Virus record (IMG/VR): IMGVR_UViG_3300047554_000303
Coordinates: 1-64,000 of that record
Strand: one strand, 5' to 3'
Origin: a virus
DNA: 64,000 nt
Under the pieces are notes generated by a model. The model saw nothing but the letters and a program-made list of their open reading frames with translations, was not told where the DNA came from and ran no database searches. Numbering within the stretch: position 1 is the stretch's first letter; every line of letters starts with the position of its first letter. The position numbers were made by a program, and so were the translations under genes. Positions 52,275 to 61,872 of this stretch are shown here, piece after piece.

Positions 52275-53347
52275 TACTTGACCTCTCTGTCTCTAATGGC
52301 TGGGCTTGGGGCAGTTCTTGACATCTTGCTGCCAGCCTTGGCAGGGTTTGGAACACCAGTAGTTTCGTATAAATAATTTAGAACATTGGTTCCGTCTTTA
52401 GTGGTCTTGCCACGAAGAGCTTCTAGTTGGTCTTTGTGAATCTTGCCCTTGGTTTCTAGGTCTGAACGGGCTTTGTTATAGTGCGCCTGTGCACTCATCT
52501 TTGGTGCCTTTGGAGGCAGGCTTGCCAACTTTTCTTCAGCAGGACTTAGGGCTCGTACTGCATTCGTGTTGGTTGGTCCCTTTTCCCTTAAGGCAGCTGG
52601 GAGGGTGTGGGGCTGTGGGTACTGTATTTCACTTAGGTGAGTAACCCGCCCACGTACGGTTGCTTCAGGAGAAGTGTCTAGCTTTTCTAAGTTACCTGTA
52701 GCGCTCTTAGCGGCGGCTAGTTCTTGGTCAGCTTTATTTGGACCAAGCCTGTAGTTATCCTCAGTCTGGAAACGAGACTTGCCTGCTTTTGGAATAGCGG
52801 TTGGCCCGTTTATACCTGCTACCTTTATCCGATAGTGGTTAGCCAAGGTATCAGCGTGGGACTTTAAGAATCCCAATGGGTACTGCTGGTTGTCCCCTAG
52901 GTGAGTAACGTGGCTTCCCAGTTTGTTGTTTAGAGTGGAACCTACAGCTTTGAGTTCTTTTGCGGCTAGCTCTAAATGCCCTGCTGCTTGTCCGTAGTCA
53001 CCGTTGCGGTGAGCGTCAACGTGTGCGTTCAGGTGCAGCGAGGCCCTGTGCAGCCCACCGTGCAACTCTGCAATGTCTTTTCTAGGGTGGTCTCCACGGT
53101 CTTCCAGCGCATTTACACCGTGAGACATAACGTCTAGAATATGGTGCATGTGAGTGTCGTGAGGGCTCCACTCATCAGGCTTGGTAGTCAACCTCTTAAT
53201 ACGGTTCATTGCCATAGTGTCTTCAACAGACTTCGGCTTTAGCGCCGTTGCTTCTCTACGGTCTACCTTAGGGGTTGTTGACTTTGGTTCTGGACGGGGC
53301 TTGGCTGTTGCCGCACCTTTACCAGTACCTAACATGTTGTACGCCAT
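52274..53347 (-). CDS. Basic His-rich hypothetical protein
   Basis: ORF track; helical His-rich core. Confidence 0.7.
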   Translation of the reverse strand: MAYNMLGTGKGAATAKPRPEPKSTTPKVDRREATALKPKSVEDTMAMNRIKRLTTKPDEWSPHDTHMHHILDVMSHGVNALEDRGDHPRKDIAELHGGLHRASLHLNAHVDAHRNGDYGQAAGHLELAAKELKAVGSTLNNKLGSHVTHLGDNQQYPLGFLKSHADTLANHYRIKVAGINGPTAIPKAGKSRFQTEDNYRLGPNKADQELAAAKSATGNLEKLDTSPEATVRGRVTHLSEIQYPQPHTLPAALREKGPTNTNAVRALSPAEEKLASLPPKAPKMSAQAHYNKARSDLETKGKIHKDQLEALRGKTTKDGTNVLNYLYETTGVPNPAKAGSKMSRTAPSPAIRDREVK

Positions 53348-53833
53348 TTATTCTCCTTTAAAACGTAGCTGCGGAGTTGACGCCTTCTTCATTCGCTTTG
53401 GCTTTGATGGCTTAGGCTTCTTGGTGGGGGCAGGCGCAATCTGCGAGGAGTCCATTACTAACTCAGGAATAGCGGGCTTGGCCTTTACTCTTTTCTCTCC
53501 CTGACGCACCTTATTTACGTGGCCGACAATCTTCTCAGGGGTTAGAACATTTCCTCTAGTAGTTGTTCTACTTTCGATATCTGTACGAGTCCTGACCTGA
53601 CGAGCCTTTTCTACAGCTGCGTTTAGTTCTTCTTGTCTAAATCCACGGCCTTTTACAGCGCGAGGGTGCTCAGGAGCAGCAGCTTCAGCTTTCTCGCGAG
53701 AGTTAAGGGTAAATGACTTTAGCTTTTGGGCTGGAGTAAGTGGTGCTGGGGCTTCAGCTTTAGGGGCTGGAGCTGCGGACATCTCAACAGACTCTTTAAT
53801 GGCCTGTTCTACTTTGCGCTTACGGTCTGCCAT
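53348..53833 (-). CDS. Basic low-complexity protein
   Basis: ORF track. Confidence 0.65.
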   Translation of the reverse strand: MADRKRKVEQAIKESVEMSAAPAPKAEAPAPLTPAQKLKSFTLNSREKAEAAAPEHPRAVKGRGFRQEELNAAVEKARQVRTRTDIESRTTTRGNVLTPEKIVGHVNKVRQGEKRVKAKPAIPELVMDSSQIAPAPTKKPKPSKPKRMKKASTPQLRFKGE

Positions 53834-55167
53834 TACTTCTTATCCTTAGCATTTTTGCGGGATGAGATAAGGGCACGCTTTGCACCTGCGTCGGTGCGCT
53901 TTGCAAATGCCCCACGACCAGGCTTACCCGAAGGAATGTCTGCTGCACGAGGCTTGCCCTCTGGGGCAGGCAATCTGCGAAGACTTGGTCCAGCGTTATC
54001 TACTCCTGGACCACCAGTTCCTTCAGAGCGCTTAGTTGGACCTGTAATGTCTCCCTTAATAGTGCCTGAAGTACGTGTCTCACCGAAACCTGGGGTGCGT
54101 CCAATCTTGTTTGCATCAGATGAGAACCTAGTGTCAATACGAACACCACGGCCTCTACGCTTAGGGTTGACTGGGGCGTCCTTATCGATACCTGAGATTT
54201 GGCCACCTACACCAGTTGGCAGCTTGTTAATAGGAGCTGCACCCTTTGGTACAATAACCTTATTAATCTGCTCAATAGCGGCATTACGCTTCTTTCTACG
54301 GTTAGGGTCACGTAGAGTTCCCTGTCCTGCCTCAAGCTTCTGAACACCGACATTTTGTCTGCCGCCTACTTCACGTGCTCGGTCAATCAAGTCGTCGTCA
54401 ATTAAGTGGCCTGGAAGGGTTCCTCGTCCAAACTTAATCTCTTTAAATGGCTTCTTAGCGCCTGCAACACCCTCTACACCAGTACGAGGTAGCTGGTAAG
54501 CCTTGCTTGCTAAGTCAGCAATAGCGGAGTCACTTGGGACTTCACCGTTTAAGTGGTGCTTAGCTAGCTCCGTGTGCACTCCTGAGCCAACGATGGCCTC
54601 GTGTGCCGAAGCGAGGTGCTGAGCAGCATCCTGCAAATGTCCGTGAACAGCATTACGGTCTAGAGTATTGCTCCACTTGTATGGGTTTGGCTCATCTTCA
54701 CGACCAACCTTGGCTGCTGCAATTGCGTTTCTGTGAGAGGCTAGTGCGTTGCTCAAGTGGAAACGAGCAGTGTCAATTGCTGCCTTGTGGTCTTCCGACA
54801 GGCTCTTTACTGATGCAGCATTGTTTAGAAGGGTTTGATACTTTGTAATGTGACCTTCTAGTTGCATACCTACTTGCTGAGAAGAAGGGCGAGGTCCCTC
54901 AGCAGCACCACGTGCTGCAGTTGGGATGACAGACTCTCGCTTTGGAGGCTTTGGAGCCTTGACCTTTGCTGGCTTACCAGGGGCTTCGCTCTCTACGATA
55001 GTCTCTTTAGCCATGATGCCCTGTTCCCGCTCTTTGTCGGTAACACTGTCTGCCGCTGTGACTCTGCGGACTGGCATGATTCTAGGCTCTGGACCTGCGC
55101 TCGGCTGAATGATTCCAATGTCTTTGTTACCCTCGGTTCGGCCTGTTTCGAAGTGCTCTACACCCAT
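53833..55167 (-). CDS. Basic His-rich hypothetical protein
   Basis: ORF track. Confidence 0.7.
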   Translation of the reverse strand: MGVEHFETGRTEGNKDIGIIQPSAGPEPRIMPVRRVTAADSVTDKEREQGIMAKETIVESEAPGKPAKVKAPKPPKRESVIPTAARGAAEGPRPSSQQVGMQLEGHITKYQTLLNNAASVKSLSEDHKAAIDTARFHLSNALASHRNAIAAAKVGREDEPNPYKWSNTLDRNAVHGHLQDAAQHLASAHEAIVGSGVHTELAKHHLNGEVPSDSAIADLASKAYQLPRTGVEGVAGAKKPFKEIKFGRGTLPGHLIDDDLIDRAREVGGRQNVGVQKLEAGQGTLRDPNRRKKRNAAIEQINKVIVPKGAAPINKLPTGVGGQISGIDKDAPVNPKRRGRGVRIDTRFSSDANKIGRTPGFGETRTSGTIKGDITGPTKRSEGTGGPGVDNAGPSLRRLPAPEGKPRAADIPSGKPGRGAFAKRTDAGAKRALISSRKNAKDKK

Positions 55168-55176
55168 GTTCTATCC

Positions 55177-55539
55177 TTAAATATCCTGAAGACTATTGCG
55201 AGAAGCCCCTGAGTAGCCGCCAACTCCTCCTGAATACCAAGAAACTCTTGGTTCAGTGTACACTCTGTCGACGCTTACCACATCGTCAATTGTGGGCTGC
55301 GTGCGCTCTCCAAACCCGAATCGACCAGGGAACAAACGGATTTGAGGAAGCGGAGGGCGTACCTTTTCCTGTAATACTTTTCCAGGCATAGTGGCGACCA
55401 TTAGCGCCTGTTGAGTTAACCTGGACTCGTTACTGGCCCAAGGGCCATCGTAAGTCCAGCGAGGCTGTACTACATCGCTTGGCTCACCTGTGCGCCAAGG
55501 CTTCGTGTAGTCGTATACGCCATCAACATTCTGTGGCAT
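55177..55539 (-). CDS. Hypothetical protein
   Basis: GGAGG RBS. Confidence 0.65.
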   Translation of the reverse strand: MPQNVDGVYDYTKPWRTGEPSDVVQPRWTYDGPWASNESRLTQQALMVATMPGKVLQEKVRPPLPQIRLFPGRFGFGERTQPTIDDVVSVDRVYTEPRVSWYSGGVGGYSGASRNSLQDI

Positions 55540-55540
55540 A

Positions 55541-56068
55541 CTACCTCCAAACAGGCTTTAAATACGAGAGTTGGTCTGCTCTGCGGACGTTGATAGTGCC
55601 TGGAGAGTCAGACCTCATGTTGGCCTTACCGTCGTTTACAAGGTGAGGCGCTGGAGTTAGCTGCCACTGTGGGGACTGACGTAGAGCACGGTATACACCT
55701 GCTTTATCATCGTATACAGCTCTCATCTGACGCTTTAGGCCCATCTGGTCATTGAACTCTGGGGACCAGAAGTACGACGACGCCTCAATGCGCTCACCTT
55801 TGTGGACACCACGTTGGTAAGACTTTTGACCTACTCTTGACTTGATGCTATCCAACAGGCGGTCATCACGACGCGAGCGGATAGTGCCCAAATACCCGTC
55901 TGGATATTCGGCTGACGGTACCCTACCTGTTCCGATACGGATAGCATCAAGGTCTGAGCGTGCGACACCGCCACCGTAGCCACCTTGGTTGTTATAGCCG
56001 TTTAGACCATTAGCACCAAGGGACTGCCAGTTTTGGTTGGGGGCAAAAGAGTTGTAATCTCCAGGCAT
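55541..56068 (-). CDS. Hypothetical protein
   Basis: AEYPDGYLGTIRSRRDDRLLD. Confidence 0.7.
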   Translation of the reverse strand: MPGDYNSFAPNQNWQSLGANGLNGYNNQGGYGGGVARSDLDAIRIGTGRVPSAEYPDGYLGTIRSRRDDRLLDSIKSRVGQKSYQRGVHKGERIEASSYFWSPEFNDQMGLKRQMRAVYDDKAGVYRALRQSPQWQLTPAPHLVNDGKANMRSDSPGTINVRRADQLSYLKPVWR

Positions 56069-56334
56069 TAGACCTCCATACCAGGCAAACGGCCCATCTC
56101 AGAGCGAGCTCCAAGAAGGCTAGTGCCTGTGTCAGAGCTAAGCGCTAGTGGCTTGTCTGGGGACAGTGCCTTCGATTCAAACACGAACGATGTTGAACTG
56201 CGGTTACCCGACTGCAAACCAGCGCCACCACTGGTTGGACCAGAGTGGTGCTGCATTCCGTCAATAGCGGAGAAGTCAGGCTGCGAAGTTACTCCGTAGC
56301 GCTGAGCTAGTGAAAAGGCTGAGTGCCCATTCAT
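56068..56334 (-). CDS. Hypothetical protein
   Basis: AGGAG RBS. Confidence 0.6.
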   Translation of the reverse strand: MNGHSAFSLAQRYGVTSQPDFSAIDGMQHHSGPTSGGAGLQSGNRSSTSFVFESKALSPDKPLALSSDTGTSLLGARSEMGRLPGMEV

Positions 56335-56342
56335 GGCGACTC

Positions 56343-56798
56343 CTAGTACTGGTCGCTAATTGCGCCTCGGAAGTCAGGGTTCTGACGGCCCTGTACTGAT
56401 GGAATGACACGAGCGTTAGCCATGGTTGGGCCTGCTACTGGGTCAACAGTTGGGGTGTAAGGAACCGAGACACGGTAAGAAGCACCTAGGGTCTCCTGAG
56501 AAACGTTGGAACGGACAGCCTGACCACCTGCGGTAGGGTCACCTGCCTGTACGTTCTTCTTGGAAACTAGAGTGCCCTTCTGTGGGGCGTTCTGCTCTGG
56601 GGACATCACCTCGTGAGGAGTGTCGATTGCACCCTCACCTAGGGCGATTCGTGGGCTGTTCTGGCCTTTTGCCATGTCGTACTGCTCCTCAGCGGTATCG
56701 TGGTCTCTTCCTGTTGACGGACCTGCCGACTCTAGGTGGTTGGATGGGGCTCCAAGGCGACGACGCATTGCGTGTCCCATGTCAGTCCACTTACCCAT
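56343..56798 (-). CDS. Hypothetical protein
   Basis: AAGGAG RBS. Confidence 0.65.
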   Translation of the reverse strand: MGKWTDMGHAMRRRLGAPSNHLESAGPSTGRDHDTAEEQYDMAKGQNSPRIALGEGAIDTPHEVMSPEQNAPQKGTLVSKKNVQAGDPTAGGQAVRSNVSQETLGASYRVSVPYTPTVDPVAGPTMANARVIPSVQGRQNPDFRGAISDQY

Positions 56799-56841
56799 AA
56801 AGACTCCTTAAAATAATTTGTAATACCAGAATACGGCGAAT

Positions 56842-57135
56842 TTAGCTCGCTGTAATGGTAAAGATGATTGCGCTAATCTCGCCATCGTGGGACGTGATTG
56901 TAGTGAATCCAGGCTTGCAAGTGAGGTCTAGACCACGAGGAGCGGCATATCCACGAGCAATTGCGATAGCTTTTACAGCCTGGTTTACTGCGCCTGCACC
57001 TACGGCACGTAGCTTGACAATCCTGTTGTCGTAAACTGCGTGTGCAATAGCGGATGCTACGGATTGTGGGTTAGAGCCTGCGGATACCCTTAGGAATGGT
57101 TCTTCGGCTGAGGGAGTTGTTTCGATGTCAGTCAA
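56842..57135 (-). CDS. spoVS: SpoVS family protein
   Basis: LRVSAGSNPQSVASAIA...AVGAGAVNQAVKAIAIARGY...PGF...EISAI. Confidence 0.92.
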   Translation of the reverse strand: MTDIETTPSAEEPFLRVSAGSNPQSVASAIAHAVYDNRIVKLRAVGAGAVNQAVKAIAIARGYAAPRGLDLTCKPGFTTITSHDGEISAIIFTITAS

Positions 57136-57198
57136 TTTGTGTACCTTTGTTGTCGTATTAGTGTGCCGTCCTCAACAACAATGGTGACAGAAAAAGGT

Positions 57199-57798
57199 CT
57201 AGTTGTCCCGATATTTAGGGTCTTTTATTTGTTCTACGATAGTTTTCTCTACGGCGTCTGTGGCAATACCTGCAGCCAGACGAGCTAGGGCGTAAGAGTC
57301 TGCGGCGTTGTCATCATTGAACTCAATCCCCCAGCGCTTATAAATCTGCATCAGCATCTCTTGCTTCTTAGCAGTGCCTTTGCCTGTTGCGTACTTCTTT
57401 AAGGTCATTGGGGGAATCTGCAGCGGAGTCCTAAGGTGCTCCTCGTAGGGAATGGCACTGTACAGGTTGCCATCAAAATAGTCCCAGATAGTCAGCTTTA
57501 CTAACCCAGCCAGCTCTCCAAGCTTCAGGGCGGAATGAGATGCAAGAACAGTGCCTTCCATGGCAATGCCTGTTACTCTGCAACTTTGCTTATCTAAAAA
57601 GTCAAACTTATCCATCATCCACCAGCGGATGTCTGCCAACCTTTTGACTCCGTGCTTTGGGGACTTATAAACCCACGTCTCATAACACTCTGGTTTATCT
57701 GTGTTTAGGGCGGTCATAGCAAACCCAGTTAGCGACTGGTCAATCCCCACCGCAACTTTTCCTGGGAGCAACCCACCGTCAAACACTTTCTCAGACAC
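57199..57798 (-). CDS. RuvC-like Holliday junction resolvase
   Basis: GIDQSLT, AMEG, LKKYATGKG and DDNAADS motifs. Confidence 0.85.
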   Translation of the reverse strand: MSEKVFDGGLLPGKVAVGIDQSLTGFAMTALNTDKPECYETWVYKSPKHGVKRLADIRWWMMDKFDFLDKQSCRVTGIAMEGTVLASHSALKLGELAGLVKLTIWDYFDGNLYSAIPYEEHLRTPLQIPPMTLKKYATGKGTAKKQEMLMQIYKRWGIEFNDDNAADSYALARLAAGIATDAVEKTIVEQIKDPKYRDN

Positions 57799-58339
57799 GC
57801 GCTACCTCTGGTAACTTAGACATCTCATTCAACCCAGCTATAGGCACACTGTAATTGTTAACTCCATAAGGGGCTTTGTACTTCTCTTGTATACAGTCTT
57901 TCCCGTACGCCCAGCCCACCGCTCTGAAGGGAGGGGTGCGGTAGCCTTCGCTGGCACTTCTTCGGGTCTTCTGCTCTGGCCCACCAACAATCAAAATGTA
58001 AATTTGGTCTGGGTCATCGACGCCGTCTTTATACCTCAGAGTGTACTTAGGGAGTTCTGGGTCACGCTTAGAAAAGGAGTACCTAATCTCATAGCCAGGA
58101 ATGTCTAGCTTGTTTTTAAAGGTATTAACGTGTGGAACAAAGTCAGTTAGCCCAAACATACGAGCAGCGGCTAGCTCGGAAGCAGCCGCAATCATGTGCT
58201 GCCATGCCTCCCAGATGTCGCCTTCGGAGTAGTTGCGGTTACGCTCTGGCTGTCCCAACATAGGAAGCTGGCGCTCCCAGCCTACCCGTGCTGCAATAGC
58301 CTCTTCTTGAGGCGTAAGGGAGTATACCCAAGTATTAAT
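57791..58339 (-). CDS. Hypothetical protein, possibly a nuclease fold; probable ATT start
   Basis: Open frame extends from the ATG at 58261 up to ATT at 58339, with AGGAGG 5 nt upstream. Confidence 0.6.
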   Translation of the reverse strand: MNTWVYSLTPQEEAIAARVGWERQLPMLGQPERNRNYSEGDIWEAWQHMIAAASELAAARMFGLTDFVPHVNTFKNKLDIPGYEIRYSFSKRDPELPKYTLRYKDGVDDPDQIYILIVGGPEQKTRRSASEGYRTPPFRAVGWAYGKDCIQEKYKAPYGVNNYSVPIAGLNEMSKLPEVARV

Positions 58340-58357
58340 AGTGCCCTCCTATTTACT

Positions 58358-58627
58358 TTAAGCAGCGGCTGCTGACTTCTTAGCTTCGTCGCCGTGAATC
58401 TGCTTGACTAGGTTCTGGATAGCGCCTAGACGGAATCCCGACCAGTGCTGGTCACCTGCCACCACAACAGGAGCTGCACTGTAACCTAGCTCTTTAGTAA
58501 CGTACTCCATAGCCTCTGCGTCTGCGGAAAGGTCTACGATGTCGTAGTTAATCTTGCCTCTAGTCAGGGTCTTCTTGGTCATATCGCACTGTGGACATGT
58601 TGGCGTGGTGTATACAGTAACCTGCAT
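58358..58627 (-). CDS. nrdH: NrdH-like glutaredoxin
   Basis: VTVYTTPTCPQC...GYSAAPVV...HWSGFR; AGGAG RBS. Confidence 0.9.
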   Translation of the reverse strand: MQVTVYTTPTCPQCDMTKKTLTRGKINYDIVDLSADAEAMEYVTKELGYSAAPVVVAGDQHWSGFRLGAIQNLVKQIHGDEAKKSAAAA

Positions 58628-58668
58628 TTGGGGTCTCCTAGAGGGAAAAATGGACAATGAGTTCTCCA

Positions 58669-59133
58669 TTATAGAGACCATTCTTTTCTAGTTGACCTCA
58701 AATCATTTGACCTTCTGGTCAGTTCTCTGCTAACAAGGGCAATGTCACGCTCATAGTTAGCCAGCATCATCTCTACTAGCTTTCTATAAGCGTACTTATC
58801 CTCATAATCTTGCGCTAAGTCCAGCACATCTTGGTCAGTAGCAATCTGTGCCTTGACTAAAGTGATGCGCTCGCCTTTAACAGCAGTGCCCATTTTACGG
58901 ACTAATAGAGTGTTCTCTAGCAGGTCTAGCTTACGCTGGGCAGAGCGTTCTTCAATCTGAGCTACAGCCAACTGAGTTGCTGCGTAGTCTGCCCATGCTG
59001 TTAGAACGGTAAACTTTTCGCCCAACTGTTCGCTGGACAAAGCGGTGATGTCGCTTGGCAGTGACCCTACGTCCATGGTTGGACGATTGATGCTAAGCCC
59101 AAGCTCTTGTAGTTTAGAGACTGCGTCTGACAT
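58669..59133 (-). CDS. Coiled-coil protein, possible recombination mediator
   Basis: Helical; ends VSRELTRR; in the RecA/exonuclease operon. Confidence 0.5.
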   Translation of the reverse strand: MSDAVSKLQELGLSINRPTMDVGSLPSDITALSSEQLGEKFTVLTAWADYAATQLAVAQIEERSAQRKLDLLENTLLVRKMGTAVKGERITLVKAQIATDQDVLDLAQDYEDKYAYRKLVEMMLANYERDIALVSRELTRRSNDLRSTRKEWSL

Positions 59134-59976
59134 TTATTCCTCGTATCCCTCACACTGCTTGCAGGTTCCGCCTACGTTGTTGTTGCAACGAGGTGCTACA
59201 CCTTCTTCTACAGAGTTTATAACCTTCTCGGCCTTTTCAAAGATGTGCTTTACCAGCTCATAGTCAGCTCTGATGGTGAACTCTTTGTAGTCTTGGTCAG
59301 CCTTCAGCTCATACAAGAACACAATCTCATTTACTTCGTGCCCCATGCGCTTCATCAGCTCTAGGTACATCTGGCCCTGCAGCAAGTGAGAGCGGAATGG
59401 ACGGCGCACGTTTCTCCATGCAGCCATGAAGTCCTGCCCTGCCTCAAACAAGTCTGGTGCTTCGGAACGAATCGTTCCTGGACCAATTGACTTAATCTCA
59501 ATCAGACAGTCGTCGCCAATTCCCTTAATCCAACCGTCAGTGTGCCCTGCAATACGTAGGTCTTCATCTACCAGAGTTACTTCAGCGTATTCTAGGTCGT
59601 TGTGGTTGCAGTGCTCACAGTTGCTAGGGGAAGTTCCCCAGGTAATCTGACCGCAGGATAGGCACTTAAACTTGCCGTGCAAGTTGCCCATCTCGTAAAA
59701 CCAGTTCTGCCACTTAGCGTGAATAGCGTGGCCTTCGTCAAAGATAGACTGCAAGCGAAGGTTTGGCTTCTCTTGAATCTTCTTGTGACCACGTAGAAGG
59801 AAGTAAGAAGCACGAAGGCACCAGTCCTTCTTGATAATCTCAGAAGGGTGTAACACGTCTGTACGACGGTCTCCCACAGGTCTTGATAATAGGTGACGCT
59901 CAATGTGCCCCACAAGGCGGTGCTTCTGCCTTGTTGCGTCCAAGAATTTCTTTAGGTCTGACTTTACTACACTCAT
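59134..59976 (-). CDS. Cas4/AddB-like PD-(D/E)xK exonuclease with a zinc-ribbon insert
   Basis: HPSE..WC, GHTDG, IEIKS, QGQMY, C-terminal C..CKQC. Confidence 0.8.
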   Translation of the reverse strand: MSVVKSDLKKFLDATRQKHRLVGHIERHLLSRPVGDRRTDVLHPSEIIKKDWCLRASYFLLRGHKKIQEKPNLRLQSIFDEGHAIHAKWQNWFYEMGNLHGKFKCLSCGQITWGTSPSNCEHCNHNDLEYAEVTLVDEDLRIAGHTDGWIKGIGDDCLIEIKSIGPGTIRSEAPDLFEAGQDFMAAWRNVRRPFRSHLLQGQMYLELMKRMGHEVNEIVFLYELKADQDYKEFTIRADYELVKHIFEKAEKVINSVEEGVAPRCNNNVGGTCKQCEGYEE

Positions 59977-60314
59977 ACTGCCCTCTCCCGCTCTTTAAAG
60001 ATGAAGTCCTTTAACGACATCTTATGCCTATATTCCTTTTGATACTTTCGTACCAAGGCGTTTCGTTCTCTGTGGGATAGCCCTCCCCAGATACCGTGCT
60101 GCTCTTCAGTTATTACGGCTTCCCACAGACAGTGCGCTCTAACAGGGCAAGGGTTGTTTCCCTTAGGACCATTACAGTACTCTTTGGCTGAAGCCGCTAT
60201 TTTGTTGTATAAATCTTTGTCACGTGGTGGGTAGAAGATTTCGGTGTCTGCATCGGCGCACCTTGCTTCCGCCCTCCATTCCGTACTTAAACGGTAAGGC
60301 TCGTTAATTATCAC
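59973..60314 (-). CDS. whiB: WhiB-family transcription factor
   Basis: WRAEARC...IFYP...C...CPVRAHC...HGIWGGLS. Confidence 0.9.
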   Translation of the reverse strand: MIINEPYRLSTEWRAEARCADADTEIFYPPRDKDLYNKIAASAKEYCNGPKGNNPCPVRAHCLWEAVITEEQHGIWGGLSHRERNALVRKYQKEYRHKMSLKDFIFKERERAV

Positions 60315-60618
60315 GTTTCTGAACTAGCTCCAACAGGTCGGTCTCTAACATAACTACGTAGTCCTCCCCGTCCAAGTGCAGTCCAAATACAGGCATACGC
60401 CCATCCATGATTGCCTCAGTCGTTATCTTTTTGAGTTCTGCTGATTGAATTGTCTTGGACTTTTTGCCCGTCCACTTGTGTTCAATCAATAACTCTTCTG
60501 ACCTCACATCGCCTTTGCGCGACCAGAACGCTCCAGAAGCCGCAGTACGAGAACCGCCAATAGCTTTCGCTAGACGATTCTCGTGCTTGCGGGATTCCTT
60601 CTGACCTTCAGACCTCAT
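60304..60618 (-). CDS. Hjc-like PD-(D/E)xK resolvase/endonuclease
   Basis: HENRLA...SGA..KGDV...IEHK. Confidence 0.7.
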   Translation of the reverse strand: MRSEGQKESRKHENRLAKAIGGSRTAASGAFWSRKGDVRSEELLIEHKWTGKKSKTIQSAELKKITTEAIMDGRMPVFGLHLDGEDYVVMLETDLLELVQKRDN

Positions 60619-60833
60619 TACCGAGTAGCTTTCTCCACTACGACCATGGCAATTTGAAGACCAAATGCTTGTGGGCTAGTAACAGCCCTGCTCTTCTGAA
60701 CTTCTAGCTCACGAAGAATCTCAATGCGCAGCTCTTCTGCGCCTTCCTTGCGAAGCTCCTCTTTCTGAGCCTCTACAAACTCGTCGTATAGAGCTTCCTG
60801 CTCAGCTAATGACAGCTCGTTCATCTTAGCCAT
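60618..60833 (-). CDS. Hypothetical protein
   Basis: ORF track. Confidence 0.55.
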   Translation of the reverse strand: MAKMNELSLAEQEALYDEFVEAQKEELRKEGAEELRIEILRELEVQKSRAVTSPQAFGLQIAMVVVEKATR

Positions 60834-61872
60834 CTCCTCCTCCTACAAATGAATCAGGTGTTGATAATACCTTAGCACGGAGTTCGTCTACTAAGTCAAC
60901 CTCTTCACGTAGTGAGGCAACAAATGACTCTTGACCCTGCCACTTGCGGTCTGCATAATAAATCCAGCCACCCTTACGGTCGACTATCTGCTTCACAATT
61001 GCCATGGCAGCAACTTCCTTAGCGAAGTCAAAGTCACCAGCTGAGTAAATGCCAGAGTCTTGGAAGTAGAAGTCGACATAAGCTACACGCTGTGGTGGGG
61101 CAGTCTTGTTCTTAATAGTGCGAATCTTGATGCGCTGGCCTACACGAACCTTGTTAGTTCCTGAGCCTTCCTCAATCCACTCGTCACGGCGAACCTCTGA
61201 GCGAGTAAAGAAGGCGTAGTTCTTACCCTCACCACCAGGAGTGGTGCGTGGGTCTCCGTGCATTACACCAATCTTCATACGGTACTGGTTAATAACCAGA
61301 CCTAGAATAGGTCGCTCGTCTTCTACTAGGGAACGCTTCATTGCAGACCCTACGACACGGAAGAACTTGTTAGTTAGCAGCGCACCCTTACCCACAGTCA
61401 TTTCGTCCATGGTCTTCTCCATTTCTGGAGCAGGGGATAGTGCTGGCAAGGAGTCGATGACGATTGCATCTACGGACTTAGACTCTGCAAAAGCAATTAC
61501 AGCGTCGTATGCCTGCTCCATAATGTTGGTCTCAACCACAATGACACGGCTGGTGTCAACGCCACACATCTCGGCGTACTCTGGAACCCACTGCTCGGCA
61601 GCTACCCACACAGTGATGTGTGCTGGGTTTGCTTGCTGGTTAGCAGCAATGGTCTTCAAAGCGATTGCGGTCTTGCCGTGGGATGGCTCACCAATTAGCT
61701 CGTTCCACTGGTTGGCAGGGAACCCGCCACCTAGAACGTAGTCAAAAGTAGTAGAGCCTGTACTAATTCTTTGAATCAGGTCTGTGCGAATGTTCTCGCC
61801 GATTACTACGGTGTTCTCACCGAATCGTTTGTTGATTTGTGCCATGACTTTCATGGCTTCTGGACTAATCAT
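60826..61872 (-). CDS. recA: RecA-family recombinase
   Basis: GEPSHGKT, VIDSL, INQYRMKIGVMHGDPRTTPGG, KNKTAPP. Confidence 0.93.
   Translation of the reverse strand: MISPEAMKVMAQINKRFGENTVVIGENIRTDLIQRISTGSTTFDYVLGGGFPANQWNELIGEPSHGKTAIALKTIAANQQANPAHITVWVAAEQWVPEYAEMCGVDTSRVIVVETNIMEQAYDAVIAFAESKSVDAIVIDSLPALSPAPEMEKTMDEMTVGKGALLTNKFFRVVGSAMKRSLVEDERPILGLVINQYRMKIGVMHGDPRTTPGGEGKNYAFFTRSEVRRDEWIEEGSGTNKVRVGQRIKIRTIKNKTAPPQRVAYVDFYFQDSGIYSAGDFDFAKEVAAMAIVKQIVDRKGGWIYYADRKWQGQESFVASLREEVDLVDELRAKVLSTPDSFVGGGDG

Noticed and set aside
59134-59976. Cas4-like gene as part of a CRISPR system
   Set aside because: No repeat-spacer array or other cas genes seen; the context is a RecA/resolvase recombination operon.
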